Assembly (NCBI GenBank): GCA_964016885.1 | Contig: OZ024755.1 | Location: 44,764,001 to 44,828,000, forward strand | Direction of reading: 5' to 3' | Source of the DNA: Eledone cirrhosa | Lineage: Eukaryota | DNA: 64,000 nt | Part shown: positions 1 through 13,000 of the stretch, in pieces | How positions within the stretch are numbered: position 1 is the stretch's first letter | Layout of the letters: each line of letters begins with the position of its first letter | The notes under the pieces: model-generated | What the model was told of the DNA's origin: nothing | The model's input: only the letters and a program-made list of their open reading frames with translations | Databases searched by the model: none | Position numbers and translations under genes: made by a program

Positions 1-3000
1 CAGAGTTGACAGTACCATCATGTACTGTGTACCACAGTTGACAGTACCAACATATACTGTGTACCACAGTTGACAGTACCAACGTATACTGTGTACCACA
101 GTTGACAGTACCAACATATAATGTGTACCACCGTTGACAGTACCAACATATACTGTGTATCACAGTTGACAGTACCAACATATACCGTGCTACCACAGTT
201 GAGAGTACCGACATATACTGTGTACCACAGTTGACAGTACCAACATATAATGTGTACCACTGTTGACAGTACCAACGTATACTGTGTACCACATTTAACA
301 GTACCAAAATATACTGTGTACCACAGTTATCAGTACCAACGTACACTGTCTACCACTGTTGACAGTACCAACATATACAGTGTACCACAGTTGACAGTAC
401 CAACATATACTGTGTACCTCAGTTGACAGTACCAACTTATACTGTGTACCACAATTGACAGTACCAACATATACTGTGTACCACAATTGACAGTACCAAC
501 GTATACTGTGTTCCACAGTTGACAGTACCAACATATACTGTGTACCTCAGTTGACAGTACCAACATATACTGTGTACCTCAGTTGACAGTATAAATATAT
601 ACTGTGTACCACAGTTGACAGTACCAACATATACTGTGTACCATAGTTGACAGTACTAACATATACTGTGTACGACAGTTGAGAGTACCAACATATACTG
701 TTTATCACAGTTGACAGTACCAACATATACCGTGTACCACAGTTGAGAGTACCTACATATACTGTGTACCACAGTTGACAGTACCAACATATACTGTGTA
801 CCACTGTTGACAGTACCAACGTATACTGTGTACCACAGTTAACAGTACCAACATATACTGTGTACCACAGTTGACAGTACCAACGTACACTGTGTACCAC
901 AGTTGAAAGTAGCAACATATACAATGTACCACAGTTGACAGTACCAACATATACTGTGTACCACAGTTGACAGTACCAATATATACTGTGTACCATAGTT
1001 GACAGTACCAACGTACACTGTGTACCACAGTTGACAGTACCAACATATACTGTGTACCACAGTTGACAGTACCAACATATACTGTGTACCATAGTTGACA
1101 GTACCAACGTATACTGTGTACCACAGTTGACAATACCAACATATACCGTCTACCACAGTTGACGGTATCAACATATACTGTGTACCAGAGTTGACAGTAC
1201 CAACATATACTGTGTACCACAGTTGACAGTACCAACATATACCGTGTACCACAGTTGACAGTACCAACGTATACTGTGTACCACAGTTGACAGTACCAAC
1301 ATATAATGTGTACCACCGTCGACAGTACCAACATATACTGTGTATCACAGTTGACAGTACCAACATATACCGTGCTACCACAGTTGACAGTACCAACGTA
1401 TACTGTGTACCACAGTTGACAGTACCAACATATAATGTGTACCACCGTCGACAGTACCAACATATACTGTGTACCACAGTTGACAGTACCAACATATAAT
1501 GTGTACCACTGTTGACAGTACCAACGTATACTGTGTACCACATTTAACAGTACCAACATATACTGTGTACCACAGTTATCAGTACCAACGTAAACTGTGT
1601 ACCACTGTTGACAGTACCAACTTATACAGTGTACCACAGTTGACAGTACCAACATATACTGTGTACCACAGTTGACAGTACCAACATATACAGTGTACCA
1701 CAGTTGACAGTACCAACATATACTGAGTACCACAGTTAACAGTACCAACATATGCTGTGTATCACAGTTGACTGTACCAACATATACCGTGTTACCACAT
1801 TTGAGAGTACCAACATATAATGTGTACCACAGTTGACAGTACCAACATATACTGTGTACCACTGTGACAGTACCAACGTATACTGTGTACCACATTTAAC
1901 AGTACCAACATATAATGTGTACGACAGTTGACAGTACCAACGTATACTGTGTACCACTGTTGACAGTACCAACTTATACAGTGTACTACAGTTGACAGTA
2001 CCAACATATACTGTGTACCACAGTTGACAGTACCAACATATACTGTGTACCATAGTTGACAGTACCAACGTATACTGTGTACCACATTTGACAGTACCAA
2101 CATATACCGTGTACCACAGTTGATAGTACCAATACATGCTGTGTACCATAGTTGACAGTACCAACATATACTGTGTACCATAGTTGACAGTACCAACGTA
2201 TACTGTGTACCACAGTTGACAATACCAACATATACTGTGTACCACAGTTGACAGTACCAACATATACTGTGTACCACAGTTGACAGTACCAACGTATACT
2301 GTGTACCACATTTGACAGTACCAACGTATACTGTGTACCACATTTGAGAGTACCAACATATACCGTGTACCACAGTTGACAGTACTAACATATAATGTGT
2401 ACCAGAGTTGACAGTACCAACATATACTGTGTACCAGAGTTGACAGTACTAACATATACAGTGTACCACATTTGACAGTACCAACATATACTGTGTACCA
2501 CAGTTGACAGTACCAACATATACTGGGTACCACAGTTGACAATACCATCATATACTGTGTACCACAGTTGACACTACCAACATAATCTGTGTACCAGAGT
2601 TGACAGTACCAACATATACTGTGTACCACAGTTTAAAGTACCAACGTATACTGTGTACCACAGTTGACAATACCAACATATACTGTGTACCACAGTTGAC
2701 GGTACCAACATATACTGTGTACCACAGTTGACAGTACCAACGTATACTGTGTACCACATTTGACAGTACCAACATATACTGTGTACCACAGTTGACAGTA
2801 CCAACATATAGTGTGTACCACAGCTGGCAGTACCAACATATACTGTGTACCACAGTTGACAGTACCAACATATACTGTGTACCACAGTTGACAGTACCAA
2901 CATATATTGTGTACCACGGTTGACAGTACCAACATATAATGGGAGCCACTTTTCACAGTACCAACATATAGTGTGTAGCACAGTTGACAATACCAACATA

Positions 3001-6000
3001 TACTGTGTACCACAGTTGACAGTACCAACTTATACTGTGTACCACAGTTGACAGTACCAACGTATACTGTGTAACAGTTGACAATACCATCATATAGGGT
3101 GTACCAAAGTTGACAGTACCAACATATACTGTGTACCACAGTTGAGAGTAACATCATATACTGTGTACCACAGTTGACAGTACTAACATATACTGTGTAC
3201 CAGAGTTGACAGTACCAACATATACTATGTACCAGAGTTGACAGTACTAACATATACTGTGTACCAGAGTTGACAGTACCAACATATATTGGATACCACA
3301 GTTGACAGTACCAACATATACTGTGTACCACTGTTGACATTACCAACGTATATTGTATACCACAGTTAACAGTAACAATATATACTGTGTACCACAGTTG
3401 ACAGTACCAACGTATACTGTGTACCACTGTTGACAGTACCAACATATACAGTATAACACAGTTGACAGTACCAACATATACTGTGTACCACAGTTGACAG
3501 TACCAACATATACTGTGTACCATAGTTGACAGTACCAACGTATACTGTGTACAACAGTTGACAGTACCAACATATACTGTGTACCATAGTTGACAGAACC
3601 AACGTATACTGTGTACCATAGTTGACAGTACCAACATATAGCGTGTACCACAGTTGACAGTACCAACATATACTGTGTACCACAGTTGACAGTACCAACG
3701 TATACTGTGTACCACAGTTGACATTACCAACGTATACTGTGTACCACAGTGGACAGTACCAACGTATATGTGTACAACATATTGACAGTACCAACATATA
3801 CTGTGTACCACAGTTGACAGTACCAACATGTACTGTGTACCACAGTTGACAGTACCAACATATACTGTGTACCACAGTTGACAGTACTAACATATACTGT
3901 GTCCCACAGTTGAGTGTACAAATATATACTGTGTACCTCAGTTGACGATATCAACATATACTGTGTACCACAGTTGACAGTACCAACATATACTGTGTAC
4001 CACAGTTGACAGTATCCACGTATGTGTACCACAGTTGACAGTATCAACGTATATCTGTACCACATATTGACAGTACCAACATATACTGTGTACCACAGTT
4101 GACAGTACCAACGTATACTGTGTACCACAGTTGACAGTACCAACGTATACTGTGTACCACAGTTGACAGTACCAACATATACTGTGTACCACAGTTGACA
4201 GTACCAATGTATACTGTGTACCACAGTTGACATTACCAAGGTATACTGTGTACAAACAGTGGACAGTACCAACGTATATGTGTACAACATATTGACAGTA
4301 CCAACATATACTATGTACCACAGTTGACAGTACCAACATATACTGTGTACCACAGTTGACAGTACCAACATATACTGTGTACCACAGTTGACAGTACCAA
4401 CGTATACTGTGTACCACAGTTGACAGTACCAACGTATACTGTGTACCACAGTTGACAGTACCAACATATACTGTGTACCACAGTTGACAGTACCAATGTA
4501 TACTGTGTACCACAGTTGACATTACCAAGGTATACTGTGTACAAACAGTGGACAGTACCAACGTATATGTGTACAACATATTGACAGTACCAACATATAC
4601 TATGTACCACAGTTGACAGTACCAACATATACTGTGTACCACAGTTGACAGTACCAACATATACTGTGTACCACAGTTGACAGTACCAACGTATACTGTG
4701 TACCACAGTTGACAGTACCAACATATACTGGGTGCCACTGTTCACAGTACCAACATATACTGTGTACCACATTTGACAATACCAACGTATTCTGTGTACC
4801 ACAGTTGACCATACCATCATATAGGGTGTACCACAGTTGACAGTACCAACATATACTGTGTACCACATTTGACAGTACCATCATATACTGACTACCACAG
4901 TTGACAGTACCAACGTATAATGTGTACCAGAGTTAACAGTACCAACATATACTGTGTACCACTGTTGACAGTACCAACATATACTGTGTACCAGAGTTGA
5001 CAGTACCAACATATTCTGTGTACCACAGTTGACAGTACCAACATATACTGTGTATCACAGTTGACAGTACTAACATATACTGTGTACCAGAGTTGACAGT
5101 ACCAACATATACTGTTTACCACAGTTGACAGTACCAACGTATACTGTGTACCAATGTTGACAGTACCAACGTATACTGTGTACCACAGTTAACAGTACCA
5201 ACATATACTGTGTACCACAGTTGACAGTACCAACGTATACTGTGTACCAATGTTGACAGTACCAACATATACAGTGTAACACAGTTGACAGTACCAACAT
5301 ATACTGTGTACCACATTTGACAGTACCAACATATACTGTGTACCATAGTTGTCAGTACCAACATATACTGTGTACCACAGTTGACAGTAACAACATATAC
5401 TGTGTACCATAGTTGACAGTACCAACGTATACTGTGTACCACAGTTGACAGTAGAAACATATACCGTGTACCACAGTTGACAGTACCAACATATACTGTG
5501 TACCAGATTTGACAGTACCAACATATACTGTGTACCACTGTTGACAGTACCAACATATACTGTGTACCACAGTTGACAGTACCAACGTATACTGTGTACC
5601 AGAGTTAACAGTACCAACATATACTGTGTACCACTGTTGACAGTACCAACATATACTGTGTACCACAGTTGACAGTACCAACGTATACTGTGTACCACAA
5701 TTGACAGTACCAACATATACAGTGTACCAGATTTGACAGTACTAATATATAATGTGTACCACAGTTGACAGTACAAACATATACTGTGTACCACAGTTGA
5801 CAGTACTAACATATACTGTGTACCACAGTTGACAGTATCCACGTATATGTGTACCACATATTCACAGTACCAACATATACTGTGTACCACAGTTGAGAGT
5901 ACCAACGTATACTGTGTACCACAGTTGACAGTACCAACGTATACTGTGTACCACAGTTGACAGTACCAACATATACTGTGTACCACAGTTGACAGTACCA

Positions 6001-6240
6001 ACGTATACTGTGTACCAAAGTTGACAGTATCAACGTATATGTGTACCACATATTGACAGTACCAACATATACTGTGTACCACAGTTGACATTACCAAGGT
6101 ATACTGTGTACAAACAGTGGACAGTACCAACGTATATGTGTACAACATATTGACAGTACCAACATATACTGTGTACCACAGTTGACAGTACCAACATATA
6201 CTGTGTACCACAGTTGAGAGTACCTACATATACTGTGTAC
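1..6240 (+). repeat. Higher-order block A, copy 1 (near-identical to 46222-52460)
   Basis: Position 1 'cagagttgacagtaccatcatgtactg' recurs at 46222. Identical or near-identical ORF-track peptides occur at offsets 46221 (18/46239), 46253 (1736/47989), 46317 (2548/48865) and 46220 (4892/51112, 5189/51409). Rare markers such as 'gggagccacttttcac' are shared. Confidence 0.93.
4100..4680 (+). repeat. Local tandem duplication of a 289-bp unit (9 monomers, one of them 33 bp)
   Basis: The series 'gtaccaatgt...cattaccaaggt...tacaaacagtggac...ctatgtacc' starts at 4201 and again at 4490. It occurs only once at the equivalent position of block A copy 2 (about 50550). Confidence 0.85.
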
Positions 6241-6759
6241 CACAGTTGACAGTACCAACATATACTGTGTACCACTGTTGACAGTACCAACGTATACTGT
6301 GTACCACAGTTAACAGTACCATCATATACTGTGTACCACAGTTGACAGTACCAACGTATACTGTGTACCACAGTTGAAAGTAGCAACATATACAATGTAC
6401 CACAGTTGACAGTACCAACATATACTGTGTACCACAGTTGACAGTACCAATATATACTGTGTACCATAGTTGACAGTACCAACGTACACTGTGTACCACA
6501 GTTGACAGTACCAACATATACTGTGTACCACAGTTGACAGTACCAACATATACTGTGTACCATAGTTGACAGTACCAACGTATACTGTGTACCACAGTTG
6601 ACAATACCAACATATACCGTCTACCACAGTTGACGGTATCAACATATACTGTGTACCAGAGTTGACAGTACCAACATATACTGTGTACCACAGTTGACAG
6701 TACCAACATATACCGTGTACCACAGTTGACAGTACCAACGTATACTGTGTACCACAGTT

Positions 6760-9700
6760 GACTGTGCCAACATATACTGTGTACCACAGTTGACAGTACC
6801 AACATATTCTGTGTACCACAGTTTACAGTACTAACATATAATGTGTACCATAGTTGACAGTACCAACGTATACTGTGTACCACAGTTGACAGTACCAACA
6901 TATACCGTGTACCACAGTTGACAGTACCTACATATACTGTGTATCAAAGTTGACAGTACCAACATATACTGTGTACCACAGTTGACAGTAGCAAAATATA
7001 CCGTGTACCACAGTTGACATTACCAACATATACTGTGTACCACCGTTGACAGTACCAATATATATTGTGTATCACAGTTGACAGTACCAACATATATCGT
7101 GTACAACAGTTGACAATACCAACGTATACTGTGTACCACAGTTGACAGTACCAACATATACTGTATACCACAGTTGACAGTACCAACGTATACTGTGTAA
7201 CACAGATGATAATACCATCATATAGGGTGTACCACAGTTGACAGTACCAACGTATACTGTGTACCACAGTTGACAGTACCATCATATACTGTGTACCACA
7301 GTTGACAGTACTAACATATACTGTGTACCAGAGTTGACAGTACCAACATATACAGGGTACCACAGTTGACAGTACCAACATATACTGTTTACCACTGTTG
7401 ACAGTACCAACGTATACTGTGTACCACAGTTAACAGTACCTACATATACGGTGTACCACGGTTGACAGTACCAACGTATACTGTGTACCACTGTTAACAG
7501 TACCAACATATACAGTGTAACACAGGTGACAGTACCAACATATACTGTGTACCACAGTTGACAGTACCAACATATACTGTGTACCATAGTTGACAGTACC
7601 AACGTATACTGTCTACCACAGTTGAGAGTACCAACATATAGTGTGTACCATAGTTGACAGTACCAACGTCTACTGTGTACCACAGTTGACAGTACCAACA
7701 TTTACCGTGTACTACAGTTGACAGAACCAACATATACTGTGTACCACAGTTGACAGTACCAACGTATACTGTGTACCACAGTTGACAGTACCAACTTATA
7801 CTGTGAACCACAGATGACAGTACTAATATATACTGTGTACCACAGTTGACAGTACCAACACATACTGTGTACCACAGTTGACAGTACTAACATATACTGT
7901 GTACCACAGTTGACAGTATCCACGTATATGTGTACCACAGTTGACAGTATCAACGTATATGTGTACCACGTATTGACAGTACCAACATATACTGTGTACC
8001 ACAGTTGACAGTACCAACGTATATTGTGTACCACACTTGACAGTACCAACGTATACTGTGTACCACAGTTGACAGTACCAACATATACTGTGTACCAGAG
8101 TTGACAGTACCAACGTATACTGTGTACCACAGTGGACAGTACCAACGTATATGTGTACAATATATTGACAGTACTGACATATACTGTGTAGCACAGTTAA
8201 CAGTACCAACATATACTGTATACCACAGTTGACAGTACCAACGTATACGGTGTACCACAGTTGACAGTACCAACATACACTCTGTACCACAGTTGACGGT
8301 ACCAACGTATACTGTGTACCACATTTGACAGTACCAACATATACTGTGTACAACAGTTGACAGTACCAACATATACTGTGTACCACAGTTAACAGTACCA
8401 ACATATACTGTATACCACAGTTGACAGTACCAACGTATACGGTGTACCACAGTTGACAGTACCAACATATACTGTGTACCACAGTTGACAGTACCAACAT
8501 ATACTGTGTACCACAGTTGACAGTACCAACATATACCGTGTACCACGGTTGACTGTACCAACATATACTGTGTACCACAGTTGACTGTGCCAACATATAA
8601 TCTGTACCACAGTTGACAGTACCAACATATTCTGTGTACCACAGTTTACAGTACTAACATATAATATGTACCATAGTTGACAGTACCAACGTATACTGTG
8701 TACCACAGTTGACAGTACCAACATATACCGTGTACCACAGTTGACAGTACCTACATATACTGTGTACCAAAGTTGACAGTACCAACATATACTGTGTACC
8801 ACAGTTGACAGTAGCAAAATATACCGTGTACCACAGTTGACATTACCAACATATACTGTGTACCACCGTTGACAGTACCAATATATATTGTGTATCACAG
8901 TTGACAGTACCAACATATATCGTGTACAACAGTTGACAATACCAACGTATACTGTGTACCATAGTTGACAGTACCACCATATACTGTGCACCACAGTTGA
9001 CAGTACCAACGTATACTGTGTAACACAGATGATAATACCATCATATAGGGTGTACCTCAGTTGACAGTACCAACGTATACTGTGTACCACAGTTGACAGT
9101 ACCATCATATACTGTGTACCACAGTTGACAGTACTAACATACACTGTGTACCAGAGTTGACAGTACCAACATATACAGGGTACCACAGTTGACAGTACCA
9201 ACATATACTGTCTACCACTGTTGACAGTACCAACGTATACTGTGTACCACAGTTAACACTACCAACATATACGGTGTACCACGGTTGACAGTACCAACGT
9301 ATACTGTGTACCACTGTTGACAGTACCAACATATACAGTGTAACACAGTTGACAGTACCAACATATACTGTGTATCACAGTTGACAGTACCAACATATAC
9401 TGTGTACCACAGTTGAGAGTACCAACATATACCGTGTACCATAGTTGACAGTACCAACGTCTACTGTGTACCACAGTTGACAGTACCAACATTTACCGTG
9501 TACCACAGTTGACAGAACCAACATATACTGTGTACCAGAGTTGACAGTACCAACATATACTGTGTACCACAGTTGACAGTACCAACGTATACTGTGTACC
9601 ACAGTTGACAGTACCAACTTATACTGTGAACCACAGTTGACAGTACTAATATATACTGTGTACCACAGTTGACAGTACCAACATATACTGTGTACCACAG

Positions 9701-9870
9701 TTGACAGTACTAACATATACTGTGTACCACAGTTGACAGTATCTACGTATATGTGTACCACAGTTGACAGTATCAACGTATATGTGTACCACATATTGAC
9801 AGTACCAACATATACTGTGTACCACAGTTGACAGTACCAACGTATACTGTGTACCACACTTGAGAGTACC
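6760..9870 (+). repeat. About 1823-bp (57-monomer) higher-order repeat: one full copy and one partial tandem copy; diverged partial copies near 11.9-13.1 kb and 22.1-23.0 kb
   Basis: Markers recur at offset 1823: 'actgtgccaa' 6761/8584, 'gtagcaaaat' 6988/8811, 'cacagatgataatacc' 7201/9024, 'ctgtgaacc' 7801/9624. 'gtagcaaaat' also occurs at 12301 and 22512. Confidence 0.85.
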
Positions 9871-10039
9871 AACGTATACTGTGTACCACAGTTGACAGTA
9901 CCAACGTATACTGTGTACCACAGTTGACAGTACCATCATATAATGTGTACCACAGTTGACAGTACCAACATATACTGTGTACCACAGTTGACAGTACCAA
10001 CGTATACTGTGTACCACAGTTGACAGTACCAACATATAC

Positions 10040-13000
10040 TGTGTACCACAGTTGACAGTACCATCATATACTGTATACCACAGTTGACAGTACCAACATA
10101 TACTGTGTACCATAGTTGACTGTACTAACATATACTGTGTACCACAGTTGACAGTACCAACATATACTGTGTAGCTCAGTTTACAATATCAACATATACT
10201 GTGTACCACAGTTGACAGTACCAACAGATACTGTGTACCACAGTTGACAGTACCAACATATACCGTGTACCACAGTTGAGAGTACCAACATATACTGTGT
10301 ATCACAGTTGACAGTACCAACATATACCGTGTACCACAGTTGAGAGTACCAACATATACTGTGTACCACAGTTGACAGTACCAACATATACTGTGTACCA
10401 CTGTTGACAGTACCAACGTATACTGTGTACCACAGTTAACAGTACCAACATATACTGTGTACCACAGTTGACAGTACCAACGTATACTATGTACCATAGT
10501 TGACAATACCAACGTATACTGTGTACCACAGTTGAGAGTACCAACTTATACCATGTACCACAGTTGACAGAACCTACATATACCGTGTACCACAGTTGAC
10601 AGTACCAACATATACTTTGTACCACAGTTGACAGTACCAACATATACCGTGTACCACATTTGACAGTACCAACGTATACTGTGTACCACAGTTGACAGTA
10701 CCAACATATACTGTGTACCACCGTTGACAGTACCAACATATACTTTGTATCACAGTTGACAGTACCAACATATACCGTGTTACCACATTTGAGAGTACCA
10801 ACATTTACTGGGTAACGCAGTTGACATTACCAACATATATTGTGTACCACTGTTGACAGTACCAACGTATACTGTGTACCACATTTAACAGTACCAACAT
10901 ATACTGTGTACCACCGTTATCAGTACCAACGTATACAGTGTACCACTGTTGACAGTACCAACATATACAGTGTACCACATTTGACAGTACCAACATATAA
11001 TGTGTATCATAGTTGACAGTACCAACGTATACTGCGTACCACAGTTGACAGTACCAACATATACTGTGTACCACAGTTGACAGTACCAACATATACCGTG
11101 CACCATAGTTGACAGTATCAACGTATATGTGTACCACTGTTGTCAGTACTAACATATGCTGTTTACCACAGTTGACAGTACCAACATATACTGTGTACCA
11201 CAGTTGACAGAACCAACGTATACTGTGTACCATAGTTGACAGTACCAACATATACTGTGTAGCTCAGTTTACAATATCAACATATACTGTGTACCACAGT
11301 TGACAGTACCAACAGATACTGTGTACCACAGTTGACAGTACCAACGTATACTGTGTACCATAGTTGACAGTACCAACATATACTGTGTACCACAGTTGAC
11401 AGTACCAACATATACTGTGTAGCTCAGTTTACAATATCAACATATACTGTGTACCACAGTTGACAGTACCAACAGATACTGTGTACCACAGTTGACAGTA
11501 CCAACGTATACTGTGTACCATAGTTGACAGTACCAACATATACTGTGTACCACAGTTGACAGTACCAACATATACTGTGTACCACAGTTGACAGTACCAA
11601 CATATACTGTGTACCATAGTTGACAGTACCAACGTATACTGTGTACGACATTTGACAGTACCAACATATACTGTGTACCACAGTTGACTGTACCGACATA
11701 TTCTGTGTACCACAGTTGACAGTACCAACATATACTGTGTACTACAGTTGACAGTACTAACATATACTGTGTACCACAGTTGACAGTACCAACATATACT
11801 GTGTACCACAGTTGACAGTACCAACGTATACTGTGTACCACAGTTGACAGTACCAACATATATGGTGTACCACAGTTAACAGTACCAACATATACTGTAT
11901 ACCACAGTTGACAGTACCAACGTATACGGTGTACCACAGTTGATAGTACCAACATATACTCTGTACCACAGTTGACAGTACCAACATATACTGTGTACCA
12001 CAGTTGACAGTACCAACATATACCGTGTACCACGGTTGACTGTACCACCAACATATACTGTGTATCACAGTTGACTGTACCATCATATACTGTGTACCAC
12101 AGTTGACAGGACCAACATATTCTGTGTACCACAGTTTAGAGTACTAACATATAATGTGTACCATAGTTGACAGTACCAACGTATACTGTGTACCACAGTT
12201 GACAGTACCAACATATACCGTGTACCACAGTTGACAGTACCTACATATACTGTGTACCAGAGTTGACAGTACCAACATATACTGTGTACCACAGTTGACA
12301 GTAGCAAAATATACCGTGTACCACAGTTGACATTACCAACATATACTGTGTACCACAGTTGACAGTAGCAACATATATTGTGTATCACAGTTGACAGTAC
12401 CAACATATACCGTGTACAACAGTTGACAATACCAACGTATACTGTGTACCATAGTTGACAGTACCAACGTATACTGTGTAACACATTTGACAATACCATC
12501 ATATAGGGTGTACCACAGTTGACAGTACCAACGTATACTGTGTACCACAGTTGACAGTACCATCATATCCTGTGTACCACAGTTGACAGTACTAACATAT
12601 ACTGTGTACCAGAGTTGACAGTACCAACATATACTGGGTACCACAGTTGACAGTACCAACATATACTGTGTACCAGTATTGACAGAACCAACGTACACTG
12701 TGTACCACAGTTAACAGTAGCAACATATACGGTGTACCACGGTTGACAGTACCAACGTATACTGTGTACCACTGTTGACAGTACCAACATATACAGTGTA
12801 ACACAGTTGACAGTACCAACATATACTGTATACCACAGTTGACAGTACCAACATATACTGTGTACCATAGTTGACAGTACCAACGTATACTGTGTACCAC
12901 AGTTGAGAGTACCAACATATACTGTGTACCATAATTGACAGTACCAACGTATTCTGTGTACCACAGTTGACAGTACCAACGTATACTGTGTACCACAGTT

